DNA from: Pirellula staleyi DSM 6068
GTDB lineage: Bacteria > Planctomycetota > Planctomycetia > Pirellulales > Pirellulaceae
Length of the DNA: 32,000 nt
Assembly (NCBI GenBank): GCA_000025185.1
Contig: CP001848.1
Span: 6,150,001 to 6,182,000 of the forward strand
Direction of reading: 5' to 3'
Shown here: one piece after another, positions 1 through 8,352 of the stretch
Layout of the letters: every line of letters begins with the position of its first letter
Position numbering within the stretch: the first letter of the stretch is position 1
Notes under the pieces: generated by a model
What the model saw: the letters and a program-made list of their open reading frames with translations, nothing else
Told to the model about the DNA's origin: nothing
The model's database searches: none
Position numbers and translations under genes: made by a program

Positions 1-217
1 TTTGGTCATTAATGGTGTGCGGGAGTTAATGTTTATGTATGCTCCCGAATTAATGGCCGACCTGCCCGATGTCGCTCGCACCCTAGAACCTCAAATTGTT
101 TGGGGTTCGCTGCCGCTGGCATTTGGTATTTCGGTCGCGGTGGGTGTGGTGTTTGGTATCTACCCCGCCATTCGCGCCGCTCGCATGGACCCGATCGAAG
201 CCCTGCGACACGAGTAA
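1..217 (+). CDS. ABC transporter permease, FtsX/MacB type, C-terminal fragment (5' end lies outside the window)
   Basis: The ORF is open from the window edge to TAA at 215-217. It encodes a final TM helix followed by the family-typical tail [20 protein letters not shown]. Confidence 0.75.
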   Translation, partial: LVINGVRELMFMYAPELMADLPDVARTLEPQIVWGSLPLAFGISVAVGVVFGIYPAIRAARMDPIEALRHE

Positions 218-243
218 TCACGACGATCTCCAGCGCGAGGCGA

Positions 244-705
244 ATGTTTTTGTCCAAGCGAATTTATACTCGCGCCTCTGCGTCACTAATCTGCAGCGGG
301 ATAGCTCTCGATCCACTGCAAGTGACTGTGGCACTGCGGTTGCCGCCCGATGCTCAGTTTCGCAAGGATGAACCACGCCTCGTACGAAGGCGTTCGGGGA
401 AAATAGAAGAGCTTCCGGCTCATCAGTTTGGGCACTGGAGCATAAGCTCCGAAAAATGGGTCGATTCTCCGCAGTTACACATACATCTTGCGTGGCTGCT
501 CGAGCAACTAGAGCCAAAATTAGCTGCCATCAATGATCTGAAATCGCTGGGTTCCGATTTCAAGTTCTTCTGTTTTTCTGTGGGAGCCACTCAATCTCCC
601 CCGTCTCTTCCTCGCACGATTCGAAGTCGTGCAAAGCAGCTCGGCATTGAAATCGTGATAGACCATTACGACTCGTCGACCGACCCAATCGAGTCAAATT
701 CTTAA
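244..705 (+). CDS. Small cytoplasmic protein, DUF4279-like
   Basis: ATG at 244 lies inside the 100..705 ORF; the upstream part overlaps the permease end and looks non-coding. The pattern SLICSGIALDPLQVTVALRLPPDAQFRKDE ... GHWSISSE ... HLAWLLEQLEP ... FFCFS ... LGIEIVIDHY recalls DUF4279. By eye, G+C is lower than in the neighbouring genes. Confidence 0.5.
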   Translation: MFLSKRIYTRASASLICSGIALDPLQVTVALRLPPDAQFRKDEPRLVRRRSGKIEELPAHQFGHWSISSEKWVDSPQLHIHLAWLLEQLEPKLAAINDLKSLGSDFKFFCFSVGATQSPPSLPRTIRSRAKQLGIEIVIDHYDSSTDPIESNS

Positions 706-1197
706 CAGGCCTAAAGCTCGCTAGCAACGAGCCCCAACAGCCTTTGCAAACTCTGCGGCCCCCCTGTGCGTAGCACTTCTCGCCTGCCGCGCCCGCAAAT
801 GAACCGCTGCGGACTTCCTGCGTACTGACTGGGAGGGTTGTAGGGTTTGTAGGGGCTAAATGTAAAAATACATGAGCAGGCGAAGCTTTAAGGTGCGCGC
901 CTGTCGGCAGTCGCCTTAAGAATCTTCAAAGAAATTTAGAAAACGTAAGCTATTGTCCATACGTAGGTTAACGTGCGGACTTTAGCCCCTGTTAAAATAA
1001 ATGGTTTGCCAGGGGCTCGAAAGTTCTGCACACTCATCTGTAGGGTCATTTTGTCGCACCTTGGCAGGGCGACGTGCGGACTCGAAGCGCTCAGAAACGA
1101 GCGGTTGCATGCGGTGATGCCAGCAGGATGCTACCAGCCGCAACTTGATTGTCAGCATTTGAAGTTCTGTTGGGCGCTTGGTCATCTTGTGGGAGTG

Positions 1198-2673
1198 ATG
1201 TTTATGAAGGGTACTCTTCGAAGCCTTGTGGCTCGCTCGTTCTGGGCAGGCCTGCTTGCTGCCGGTCTATGCACCGCAGCTACGACGGCACGTGCTCAGG
1301 AGTGCTGCACCCCGGCCTATCGCGTGGTGCAGAAAGTGGTCTACGACCAGGTTCCAGTGACGACTTATCGCCTGGAATATGAAACGGTGATGCAGCAGCG
1401 GCAAATCACCACGCAGCGTCCGGAATATGTCACCGAGGTGCGTCAGCGAGCTTATCGCGTCGCCAAGCCGGTGATCGAAACCAGCACGCGCGAAGAAAAA
1501 TACACCGTTCTCAAGCCGGTTTATGAAACCGAGTATCGGGAAGAAGCCTACGACCGCGTGACTTATGTCACCGAGACCGAGACTCGCCAAGAGCGCTACA
1601 CCGTCGCTCGGCCGGTCTACGAGACGCAAATGCGTCAGTCTCAGCACATGGTGCGGCGTCCGGTGCAAGAGACCGTGATGCAGCAGCAGAACTACACCAC
1701 CTATCAGCCAGTGACGACCTACCGCACGCAGACGGTCGACCAAGGTGGATTTGTCGACAACATGGTCTATCAGCCAGGTCGCTCGCGAAATCGCTTGGCG
1801 TGGCTCGATCGGGGCTATTTGACCGATCCTGTCACCGGCCAACTGGTGCAGCAGCGTGGTGGCTTGCACTGGGTTCCTTCGCAGAATCCTGGTGTCTATC
1901 AGGTGCAGCGCCAGTACGTTCCGAACTTGGTGACGCAGCAGATTCCTGTGACGCAGTATCAGCCTCAAGTCGTGACGCAGCAGACCCCTGTGCAAGTGAC
2001 GCGTTACGTCGATGAGATGGTGACGCAGGAAACGCCGGTTCAGGTGATGCGGACCGAGTACGTCGAGGAAGTTCGCGACGTCCCTGTGACGGTGCAAAAG
2101 CCGGTGACCGAACGGATCAGCTACAAGGTTCCCGTGCAACGCGTGCGCTACGAGCAGCAGGAGATGGTTCGCCAAATCCCGGTGCAAACGCAGCGGATCG
2201 AGTACGAGGATCGCGTCGAGGAAACGCCAGTGACCGTGTGCCGCATGGTCTCGGAAACCAAGACGGTGGAGGTCCCTCACACGGTTGCCAAGTGGGTCGC
2301 TCAGCAGGAAATGCGAGCCAAGCCACGCGTGGTCACGATGCGTGTTCCGCTGGATGGTTCGTACGACGGCGTGATCTATGAAGGGCCCACCACGACCTAC
2401 ATGCTTCCCCCTGTTGTTCTGCCTCAATCGAGCGCCGTGGCCCCTACGATCACCAATAAGGTGATCGAGGCGAAGAAGGCCGAGTCACCCACTCCCGCCA
2501 CTGAGAAGCCAGCTGCTGAGGCCCCAGCCGCCGAGAAATCGACGACTGAAAGCCCGATGACTCCTGTCGCTCCGGGTGCTAAGCAGCCGACCGACACCGA
2601 CGAGACCGGCAAGCCGAGCTTGCTGGAAGAGGGTCCTGGCTTGAACGCTCCCGCCAACGAGAAGAGCGCCTAG
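1198..2673 (+). CDS. Secreted YTV-type repeat protein with a Pro/Ala/Glu/Lys-rich C-terminal tail
   Basis: ATG at 1198 (alternative 1204, preceded by GGGAG) starts a signal peptide, MFMKGTLRSLVARSFWAGLLAAGLCTAATTARA|QE. Many degenerate repeats follow, of the form Y(T/R)V-x-(K/R)PV-x-ET-x-(R)(E/Q)E. The part of the 973..2673 ORF upstream of 1198 looks non-coding. Confidence 0.7.
   Translation: MFMKGTLRSLVARSFWAGLLAAGLCTAATTARAQECCTPAYRVVQKVVYDQVPVTTYRLEYETVMQQRQITTQRPEYVTEVRQRAYRVAKPVIETSTREEKYTVLKPVYETEYREEAYDRVTYVTETETRQERYTVARPVYETQMRQSQHMVRRPVQETVMQQQNYTTYQPVTTYRTQTVDQGGFVDNMVYQPGRSRNRLAWLDRGYLTDPVTGQLVQQRGGLHWVPSQNPGVYQVQRQYVPNLVTQQIPVTQYQPQVVTQQTPVQVTRYVDEMVTQETPVQVMRTEYVEEVRDVPVTVQKPVTERISYKVPVQRVRYEQQEMVRQIPVQTQRIEYEDRVEETPVTVCRMVSETKTVEVPHTVAKWVAQQEMRAKPRVVTMRVPLDGSYDGVIYEGPTTTYMLPPVVLPQSSAVAPTITNKVIEAKKAESPTPATEKPAAEAPAAEKSTTESPMTPVAPGAKQPTDTDETGKPSLLEEGPGLNAPANEKSA
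1318..2349 (+). repeat. Intragenic array of short degenerate peptide repeats (YTV/PVxET type)
   Basis: Units read directly from the translation include YRVAKPVIETSTREEK, YTVLKPVYETEYREEA, YTVARPVYETQMRQSQ, VRRPVQETVMQQQN, TPVQVTRYVDEMVTQE, TPVQVMRTEYVEEV, IPVQTQRIEYEDRVEE and TPVTVCRMVSE. Confidence 0.65.
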
Positions 2674-2703
2674 CATCGGCTGGCCGCTCCATGAAAAAAC
2701 TCG

Positions 2704-2750
2704 AGCCAGCGATCTCCTGGGGATAATTCCAGTGGATCGCTGGCTTTTTT
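2704..2750 (+). terminator. Rho-independent terminator of the YTV-repeat gene
   Basis: A perfect 11 bp stem pairs agccagcgatc (2704-2714) with gatcgctggct (2735-2745), and a T run follows at 2745-2750. Confidence 0.7.
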
Positions 2751-3565
2751 CGTTAGGGTACCTTGCCTGCAAAACTCTATCTAACCACTGCAGATAGGGC
2801 CGCAATCGACTAGGCGAGTTACTCTGGAGCTGAGAGACACCCTGGGAGCCGCGAATAAGGCAATTCCTTGAAAAAATGTTTGCGGCAGCCTCTGCTCCGC
2901 TACGAAAGCCTCGCCAGTGGTCGGCTCTGGTGTTTCACGGAAGTCCGCTTGCTTGTTTGAATTTCCCCTTAACGGGGCTCAGCGGGGTCAGTGGAGGGGC
3001 AACGGCCCGTGAAACTGCCGCAGTGGGAATGGTTTCGGTCGCTTGAGTCACTCACCCCGGGGCTGAGTACGGCACGCCGCACGCTGCAGAATGGGTCTAA
3101 CCGACCTTCTCTTAAGTTTCTTTTGAAATTCACTAGAAGCTGTAGTTGCATTCGACTGCACGGCGTGGCGATAATGCTTAATGGCGATCAAGGTCGCGCG
3201 AAGATGGCTTGTCGGTAGCTCTAGTACCCCTTATCTCACGATTCGGGTGCTGGCATGAACAGGCTTGCTCACCACGAAATCTCTGGCGAGCGGGGTCCAT
3301 TCCGATGGAAACTGTAACTTCGCAACCCCTTTTCTCCACTAATCCTTGCGGCAGTCCGCCACTGAAATCCAGATAATTTATCTTTTTTCGTTTTACATCT
3401 GGAAATTCTCTGGCAGTCCTGCGAAGTCTCGGTACAGTGAGACGCCAAGTTGATTCCTGAAGGTTCGTTTTCGGGTGTCTGTATGCCACGGTAGGTCCGT
3501 CGGATTTATTGTTCTCTAAGGCGTGGGCAGCAGCCTGACTCGAATCAGCAAAGGGAAGGCACGAA

Positions 3566-4234
3566 ATGCAAGTGCGTGTCAAAATTCTGCAAGGGTCGCA
3601 TGCAGGCAAAGAAGTCAAGATTCCCGTACCGAAGTGTGTGATCGGACGTGGGGATGAATGTCACCTTCGCCCGCAGAGCGATGCCATTAGTCGCCGGCAC
3701 TGCGTGATCATTAGCAATGATCAGGAAGTGGTGGTCCGCGATCTCAATAGTCGAAATGGGACGTACGTCAACGGCGAACGCGTTGCTGAAGAAGCAGTGC
3801 TCCTTACCGGTGATGTGCTTCGCGTCGGTCCGCTCGAATTCGAAATGATGATCGAGCAAACTGCCGCCAAGATTAAGCGTCCGAAAATCACGGACATCAA
3901 GCAGGTCGTAGCACGAACCGCTGAGGGCTCGTCCCACGGCAGCAACGGCGACCTGGAAGATGTCACCCAGTGGCTGGAAGAAGGGGACGCTCAGCACAAG
4001 TCGCGAACTCCGGAGACACGTCAGTTCCGGCTCGACGACACGGCGATGCCAGCCGCTCCTGCCGCCAACGAAACGAGTGTGGTCGACACCAAAGCGATGG
4101 CACCCGATGCCGCCAAAGCTGCTCGCCCCGAGAAGAAAGCTCCCGGCAAACTTCCTCCGCGTCCTGATGCTCAGGCAAAGGACTCGCGCGAGGCAGCCGC
4201 CGATATGTTGAAGAAATTCTTCAACCGCCGTTAA
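3566..4234 (+). CDS. FHA domain protein with a disordered, charged C-terminal half
   Basis: ATG 3566 is preceded by GGGAAGG. The N-terminus carries FHA hallmarks: VIGRGDECHLRPQSDAISRRHCVI ... VRDLNSRNGTYVNGERV ... GDVLRVGPLEFE. Confidence 0.85.
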   Translation: MQVRVKILQGSHAGKEVKIPVPKCVIGRGDECHLRPQSDAISRRHCVIISNDQEVVVRDLNSRNGTYVNGERVAEEAVLLTGDVLRVGPLEFEMMIEQTAAKIKRPKITDIKQVVARTAEGSSHGSNGDLEDVTQWLEEGDAQHKSRTPETRQFRLDDTAMPAAPAANETSVVDTKAMAPDAAKAARPEKKAPGKLPPRPDAQAKDSREAAADMLKKFFNRR

Positions 4235-4258
4235 GCGATCGCACCCGAAGCATCCACC

Positions 4259-4289
4259 GAAGCCCTGCTCTCACGAGTAGGGCTTTTTT
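4259..4289 (+). terminator. Rho-independent terminator of the FHA gene
   Basis: The stem pairs gaagccct with agggctt(t) around a 12 nt loop, followed by a T6 run at 4284-4289. Confidence 0.65.
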
Positions 4290-4629
4290 GTTCGATGTCG
4301 GCCCCCTCTCGCGGCACTTCCCTCCTGGTGCCCGGCCGACTGCTGCTCTATCCCCTGAAGCGGCGTCGATTTTGCCGACAGACGGGTCGCTGAGATCGAC
4401 ACCCGATTCGCTTGCCGAGTGTCGTTGATCCTCGTCGATAACAGGCTGTTTCGGCCGGATATGCCCCGTTTTCGACCTTTCCGAGCGACCCTCGCAGGGT
4501 TCACACTCCCCAATGGCATGGTCTTTGCAATGACATCGCAGCAGCTAGCGATTGTTGAGCGAGCTAACTGCAGGGTCGGCAGAGACAGGCACTTAACGCC
4601 ACGGCCCAACATGCTTGGGGATTTCTGGA

Positions 4630-5631
4630 ATGCAGCGTAAATCGGGCTTTACTCTCGTTGAACTCTTGGTGGTGATTGCGATTATCGGCGTGCTGGTCGC
4701 ACTGCTGCTTCCGGCTGTTCAAGCCGCCCGCGAAGCAGCTCGTCGCGCTCAGTGCAAAAACAATCTCAAACAGCTGGGACTGGCAACCCTGAACTACGAA
4801 AGCACGTTTCAGTGCCTTCCGCCGAGCGCGATTGTCGATTACTCGGTGACTAGCACGGCGAACAACACCTCGTGGGGTGTCCATGGGCGGCTGTTGCCGT
4901 TCATTGAACAGGGAAGCTTGCAGGACAAAGTGAACCTGAATGTCGGCTGGGACTTTCAGACTCCGATCGACAGCTTGAAGATCTCGAGCTTTCAGTGCCC
5001 CAGTGATCCGGGTGCTTTTCGGCTGCGTGATCCAGGGAGTGGCAAGGTGAAGCTTTGGCCAACCTGCTACGGCTTCAACATGGGAACGTGGTTTGTCTTT
5101 AACCCGGCGACTCGAACCGGTGGAGAAGGTGCGTTCTATCCCAACAGCTTCCTGCCACTGGCGGCCTTTACTGACGGCACCAGCAACACCATGCTTGCCG
5201 CCGAAGTGAAAGCGTGGACCCCCTACACCCGCAACGGTGGTCCCTCGTCGACCACCATTCCCGACACTGCAGCAGCGGCCAGCACGATTGTCGCCAGTGG
5301 TGCCGAGTACAAAGATACTGGCCACACTGAATGGCCCGATGCGCGGGTACACCACACCGGCTTTACAGCCGCGATGCCTCCGAACACAAACGTTCCCTAC
5401 GTGACGGGTGGCAAAACGGTGAGTGCCGACTTCAACTCCTGGCAAGAGGGTGCCAACGGGGCGGCTGGGTCCCCGACCTATGCCATCATTACCTCGCGCA
5501 GCTTTCATCCCAATGTGGTGCAGGCTGCCATGGTCGACGGTTCGGTGCAAACGATGTCGAACAACATTAACCTCGCAGTTTGGCGAGGCTTTGCCACACG
5601 CAGTGGCGGCGAGATCGTTTCGGCGCCTTAG
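4630..5631 (+). CDS. DUF1559 / H-X9-DG protein with a prepilin-type N-terminal cleavage/methylation motif
   Basis: ATG 4630 opens [52 protein letters not shown]. The C-terminal H-X9-DG motif is present ([12 protein letters not shown]). This family is heavily expanded in planctomycetes. Confidence 0.9.
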   Translation: MQRKSGFTLVELLVVIAIIGVLVALLLPAVQAAREAARRAQCKNNLKQLGLATLNYESTFQCLPPSAIVDYSVTSTANNTSWGVHGRLLPFIEQGSLQDKVNLNVGWDFQTPIDSLKISSFQCPSDPGAFRLRDPGSGKVKLWPTCYGFNMGTWFVFNPATRTGGEGAFYPNSFLPLAAFTDGTSNTMLAAEVKAWTPYTRNGGPSSTTIPDTAAAASTIVASGAEYKDTGHTEWPDARVHHTGFTAAMPPNTNVPYVTGGKTVSADFNSWQEGANGAAGSPTYAIITSRSFHPNVVQAAMVDGSVQTMSNNINLAVWRGFATRSGGEIVSAP

Positions 5632-5665
5632 GTACTCGTTGCCAGCCAATGGATCGTTCCCACCG

Positions 5666-5690
5666 ACTGCCGCCACCAGCGGCAGTTTTT
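5666..5690 (+). terminator. Rho-independent terminator of the DUF1559 gene
   Basis: The stem pairs actgccgc (5666-5673) with gcggcagt (5679-5686) around a 5 nt loop, with a T run to 5690. Confidence 0.65.
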
Positions 5691-5890
5691 CATTTCTTGA
5701 TGGCGCCAAAGACTCCTCAGGAAGGGAACTGGCTGGCACGCCACTCGGCTGGGTGGTTTTTAGGGTAATTCTTGGAGCCTCGCTGGGTTTTTCTTCTCTC
5801 TTTTCCAGTGTTTACGTAGGATGAACCGCCAGCGGAGCCTCATTTCACCCGTCCGCTGAAACCGACGACCGGGATCCTAGGTAGTAGTGA

Positions 5891-6688
5891 ATGAAGACTG
5901 GTCCGACCAACGATCCAGAGACACCTGCTGCCGTGCTGAGCACCGACGACAGAACGCGCGCCGAAACCGCTTTACGGGGACGCTTGCGCGCTGCGCGGGG
6001 TGCTACGGCTGAGGTTGACGCTGCGGATCCCGTTTTTTTGAACGAGTCCGAGACACCGATGCAAGGCGACCGCGATCCCCACGACCGCAAGTCGCCTGCG
6101 CCTCGAGCAGTCGACCACGAAGCACTGGCCCCTGTCCGCGCGCTCATCGCACGCTGTGTTGTGGGTGAGCAGGCAGCGATGCTGGCTTTGGTCGATCGTT
6201 TTCGAGGTCAGGTGTTCGGACTTTGCTACCGCATGCTTGGTCAGCGGCAGGATGCCGAAGATGCCGCGCAGGAAACCTTTGTGCGAGTCCTTAAAAACTT
6301 GCACCGCTGGGATCCGACGCGTGAGTTCGAACCTTGGCTGCTGGCGATTGCCGGCAATCGCTGCCGCACAGCGTTGTCGACGCGCAAGAGACGTCAGAGT
6401 GTCGAACTTGTCCCGGAAACGATTGCCGACAAAACGCCCGACAAAGCAGATGTCGACAGCCTCTCGGAAGAAGTGGCCCTCGCGCTTTCCGAGACCAGGC
6501 CCGAGTATCGCGAGGCGTTTGTATTGTTTCACGAACAGCAGCTCAGTTACGCCGAGATTGCTGACGCGATGAATGTGCCGCTCGGGACCGTGAAGACTTG
6601 GGTCCACCGCGCACGACGAGAACTCATAGAACATTTGCACCGCCGCGGAGTGGTGCCGGAGTGTCGAGATGCACTGCCACGCCTTTGA
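5891..6688 (+). CDS. ECF-type RNA polymerase sigma factor (sigma-70 family, group 4)
   Basis: Region 2 reads FRGQVFGLCYRMLGQRQDAEDAAQETFVRVLKNLHRWD ... FEPWLLAIAGNRCRTAL. Region 4 reads EYREAFVLFHEQQLSYAEIADAMNVPLGTVKTWVHRARRELIEHL. The start is uncertain: ATG 5891 gives an N-terminal extension of about 85 aa, and ATG 6059 is the alternative. Confidence 0.85.
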   Translation: MKTGPTNDPETPAAVLSTDDRTRAETALRGRLRAARGATAEVDAADPVFLNESETPMQGDRDPHDRKSPAPRAVDHEALAPVRALIARCVVGEQAAMLALVDRFRGQVFGLCYRMLGQRQDAEDAAQETFVRVLKNLHRWDPTREFEPWLLAIAGNRCRTALSTRKRRQSVELVPETIADKTPDKADVDSLSEEVALALSETRPEYREAFVLFHEQQLSYAEIADAMNVPLGTVKTWVHRARRELIEHLHRRGVVPECRDALPRL

Positions 6689-7478
6689 AGAAAAACTGAA
6701 CCAGCTGCTCGATGATCGCCGCGATGTGCTGCGCGACGCCGAACTCGTGGCGCATGCCCGTGCGTGTCAGCCTTGCCGCGCGCTGCTGGAAGGTAGCGTC
6801 GCGCTGGTATCGAGCGTTCGAAAGCTGCCGCTTCCCGAGCTCCGCAGCGATTTTTCGTCGATGGTGATTCGCGCCACACTCGCCGCTGGCGATACCGAGC
6901 ATGCGATGGAAGCCGTGGTGGTCGAAGCTCCGCTGAACACTGCCAGCCGATCGGGCAACACGTTTGCCGCCGATCCCACACTCGACGCTGAAGTGATGCT
7001 CCACACGCCACCCCATGCTCGCAAGCGTGGGCTCGGCTGGTGGGCGCTAGCTGGCGCGACCAGCGTCGCCGCCTTGCTCCTAATCTCGGCAGGCGTGGTG
7101 ATGATCGCCGCACGCAACCAGAACCAGGTGGCCCAGGATAATCGGGGGGAAGGCTCGGGAACGCTCGGAGTCGGAATGCTCGGCCCGCGACGCCAACTCC
7201 CGGTGCCACGCGCTCATGGCTCGGGACTTGCCTTTTCGGTCTACCAGTACAAAGGGGCGATTCGCAACTTTGCCGACCAATTGCCAGTCGCTGCCCAGCA
7301 GTTTGAAGGGATCGAATCACAAACCCCCGGAATCGATACGATTCGCGCCACGCTGTGGGTGGCACTCGATACCCTGCTCCGCTCGATGGGAAGTTCGGCC
7401 GATCATCCCGCCGAACAGCCGAGCTACGACCCGGCCCCTGCAGCTGCCGGAAACTGGCTCGAAAAGCTTTGGAGCTGA
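6669..7478 (+). CDS. Anti-sigma factor, zf-HC2 type, single-pass membrane protein
   Basis: ATG 6669 overlaps the sigma gene by 20 nt. The N-terminal H-x3-C-x2-C motif is HARACQPC, and the central TM helix is WWALAGATSVAALLLISAGVVMIAA. Confidence 0.7.
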   Translation: MHCHAFEEKLNQLLDDRRDVLRDAELVAHARACQPCRALLEGSVALVSSVRKLPLPELRSDFSSMVIRATLAAGDTEHAMEAVVVEAPLNTASRSGNTFAADPTLDAEVMLHTPPHARKRGLGWWALAGATSVAALLLISAGVVMIAARNQNQVAQDNRGEGSGTLGVGMLGPRRQLPVPRAHGSGLAFSVYQYKGAIRNFADQLPVAAQQFEGIESQTPGIDTIRATLWVALDTLLRSMGSSADHPAEQPSYDPAPAAAGNWLEKLWS

Positions 7479-7490
7479 TCCTCGCTCGCG

Positions 7491-7529
7491 ACTTGGCTCC
7501 TCCCGATTGATAGCCAGGAGCCAAGTTTT
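7491..7529 (+). terminator. Rho-independent terminator of the sigma/anti-sigma operon
   Basis: An 11 bp stem pairs acttggctcct (7491-7501) with aggagccaagt (7516-7526), followed by TTTT. Confidence 0.7.
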
Positions 7530-7918
7530 GCCGCTCCGAGGCTGTTAAACGGCCCGCATAACCGGCCCGCTCATCTCGGCAGCCGATTCCTCCGCGCTAT
7601 CCGGTTGCTCTCTCTCAACATAGGGCGTTCTTGATCCGAAGCCTTGAAAACCCCTGATCAGGCATGCGGATTAGCTGCAGGCGTTACAGGCGTTACAACG
7701 TGCGCAGTTTCAACCGGAAAGTTTGCGCCACCCGACAAGATCGCCAGAAATGCGAAGGGCCGCGCCGTCCTACATTTTACCCATGTGGTAGATTTTCCCA
7801 GGTGAGGTTGACGATTCTCACCCTCGTCCACCACTCGGCTGGACGCTCAACATCTCCTCTGCCTGACTCGTCTCTTGGGGAATCTGCTGTGGCTAAGTCT
7901 TCCAAAGCTGAAGTGCAA

Positions 7919-8278
7919 ATGGATCGTCGATCAAGCGAACGCCGCGATGCCGCCAATCGTCGTAAACAATCGACCCCGGTAGCTGTCGAACAGCGTACTG
8001 CGGAACGTCGCACCAAAGTGGCTCGCCGTCGCCAGATCGATCCCACCACCTGCGAGCGCGACTACTCGGGGGATGAGATCGAATTCATGCAAGCCCTCGA
8101 TGCCTACAAGCGCACCAGCGGACGCATGTTCCCCACCTGCAGCGAAATCCTCGAAGTGATTCGCGCTTTGGGCTACATCCGCGTGAACAACGTCACGATC
8201 GTCGAAACACCAGCAGAAACCAGCGTGGGCGAGCTTCCTGCTCTTCCCGAATCGATCCCTGCCGAGATGCACGCCTAA
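7919..8278 (+). CDS. Small Arg-rich protein of unknown function
   Basis: ATG 7919 lies inside the 7664..8278 ORF; a GTG about 40 nt upstream, preceded by GGGGAA, is an alternative start. The basic N-terminus is [17 protein letters not shown] ... [13 protein letters not shown] compact C-terminal domain follows: [43 protein letters not shown]. Confidence 0.5.
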   Translation: MDRRSSERRDAANRRKQSTPVAVEQRTAERRTKVARRRQIDPTTCERDYSGDEIEFMQALDAYKRTSGRMFPTCSEILEVIRALGYIRVNNVTIVETPAETSVGELPALPESIPAEMHA

Positions 8279-8352
8279 GTCATTAGGCCGACTCTCTAAA
8301 ACAACAGAACTAGCCTCCTTCTCCGGAACAGAGAAGAGGCTGATTTCGCCGC

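Noticed and set aside
973-1197. Upstream extensions of track ORFs beyond the chosen starts. The cases are 973 for the YTV gene, 7664 for the small basic protein, 11511 for serA, 20741 for the oxidoreductase, 20639 for NRDE, 30410 for GT9 and 15938 for the sigma-54 regulator.
   Set aside because: The extensions have unnatural composition. They precede clear signal peptides or the family-typical N-termini found at internal ATGs, several of which have Shine-Dalgarno-like purine tracts.
2939-2947. GGAAGTCCG resembles the RNase P RNA CR-I element (GGAAAGUCCGGGC).
   Set aside because: There is no matching 3' P4 partner (ACAGAAxCCGGCUUA-like) and no other conserved RNase P regions within 400 nt on either strand.
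3251-3269. TGGCAT ... CTTGCT looks like a sigma-54 promoter. Other TGGCA strings occur at about 5736 and 10057.
   Set aside because: The spacing between the GG and GC elements is wrong by 3 nt or more in every case, and sigma-54 promoters tolerate almost no variation in spacing.
3341-3364. The string AATCCTTGCGGCAGTCCGCCACTG resembles the core of cobalamin riboswitches (AAxUCC ... GC.G..CCCGCCACUG).
   Set aside because: The expected upstream GGUG/AGGGAA elements and complementary stems are missing. The downstream gene (FHA) has no link to cobalamin. This is probably a chance resemblance, and only cmscan could settle it.
4271-4640. ORFs 4271..4612 (minus, 113 aa) and 4419..4640 (plus, 73 aa) lie in the FHA to DUF1559 spacer.
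   Set aside because: They overlap each other and have no motifs. The plus-strand ORF runs into the well-defined DUF1559 start. I treat them as non-coding.
5704-5860. Candidate ECF-type promoter elements (GGGAAC at about 5714 and TGAACC at about 5822) lie upstream of the sigma factor gene.
   Set aside because: I found no properly spaced CGTC-like -10 partner; the distances are about 16 nt to GGCT and about 22 nt to CGTC. I cannot support a promoter call.
7678-7697. Tandem duplication CAGGCGTTA-CAGGCGTTA-CA in the spacer after the anti-sigma gene.
   Set aside because: There are only two copies of a 9-mer and no obvious positional relation to a promoter or gene start. I note it but consider it too weak to interpret.
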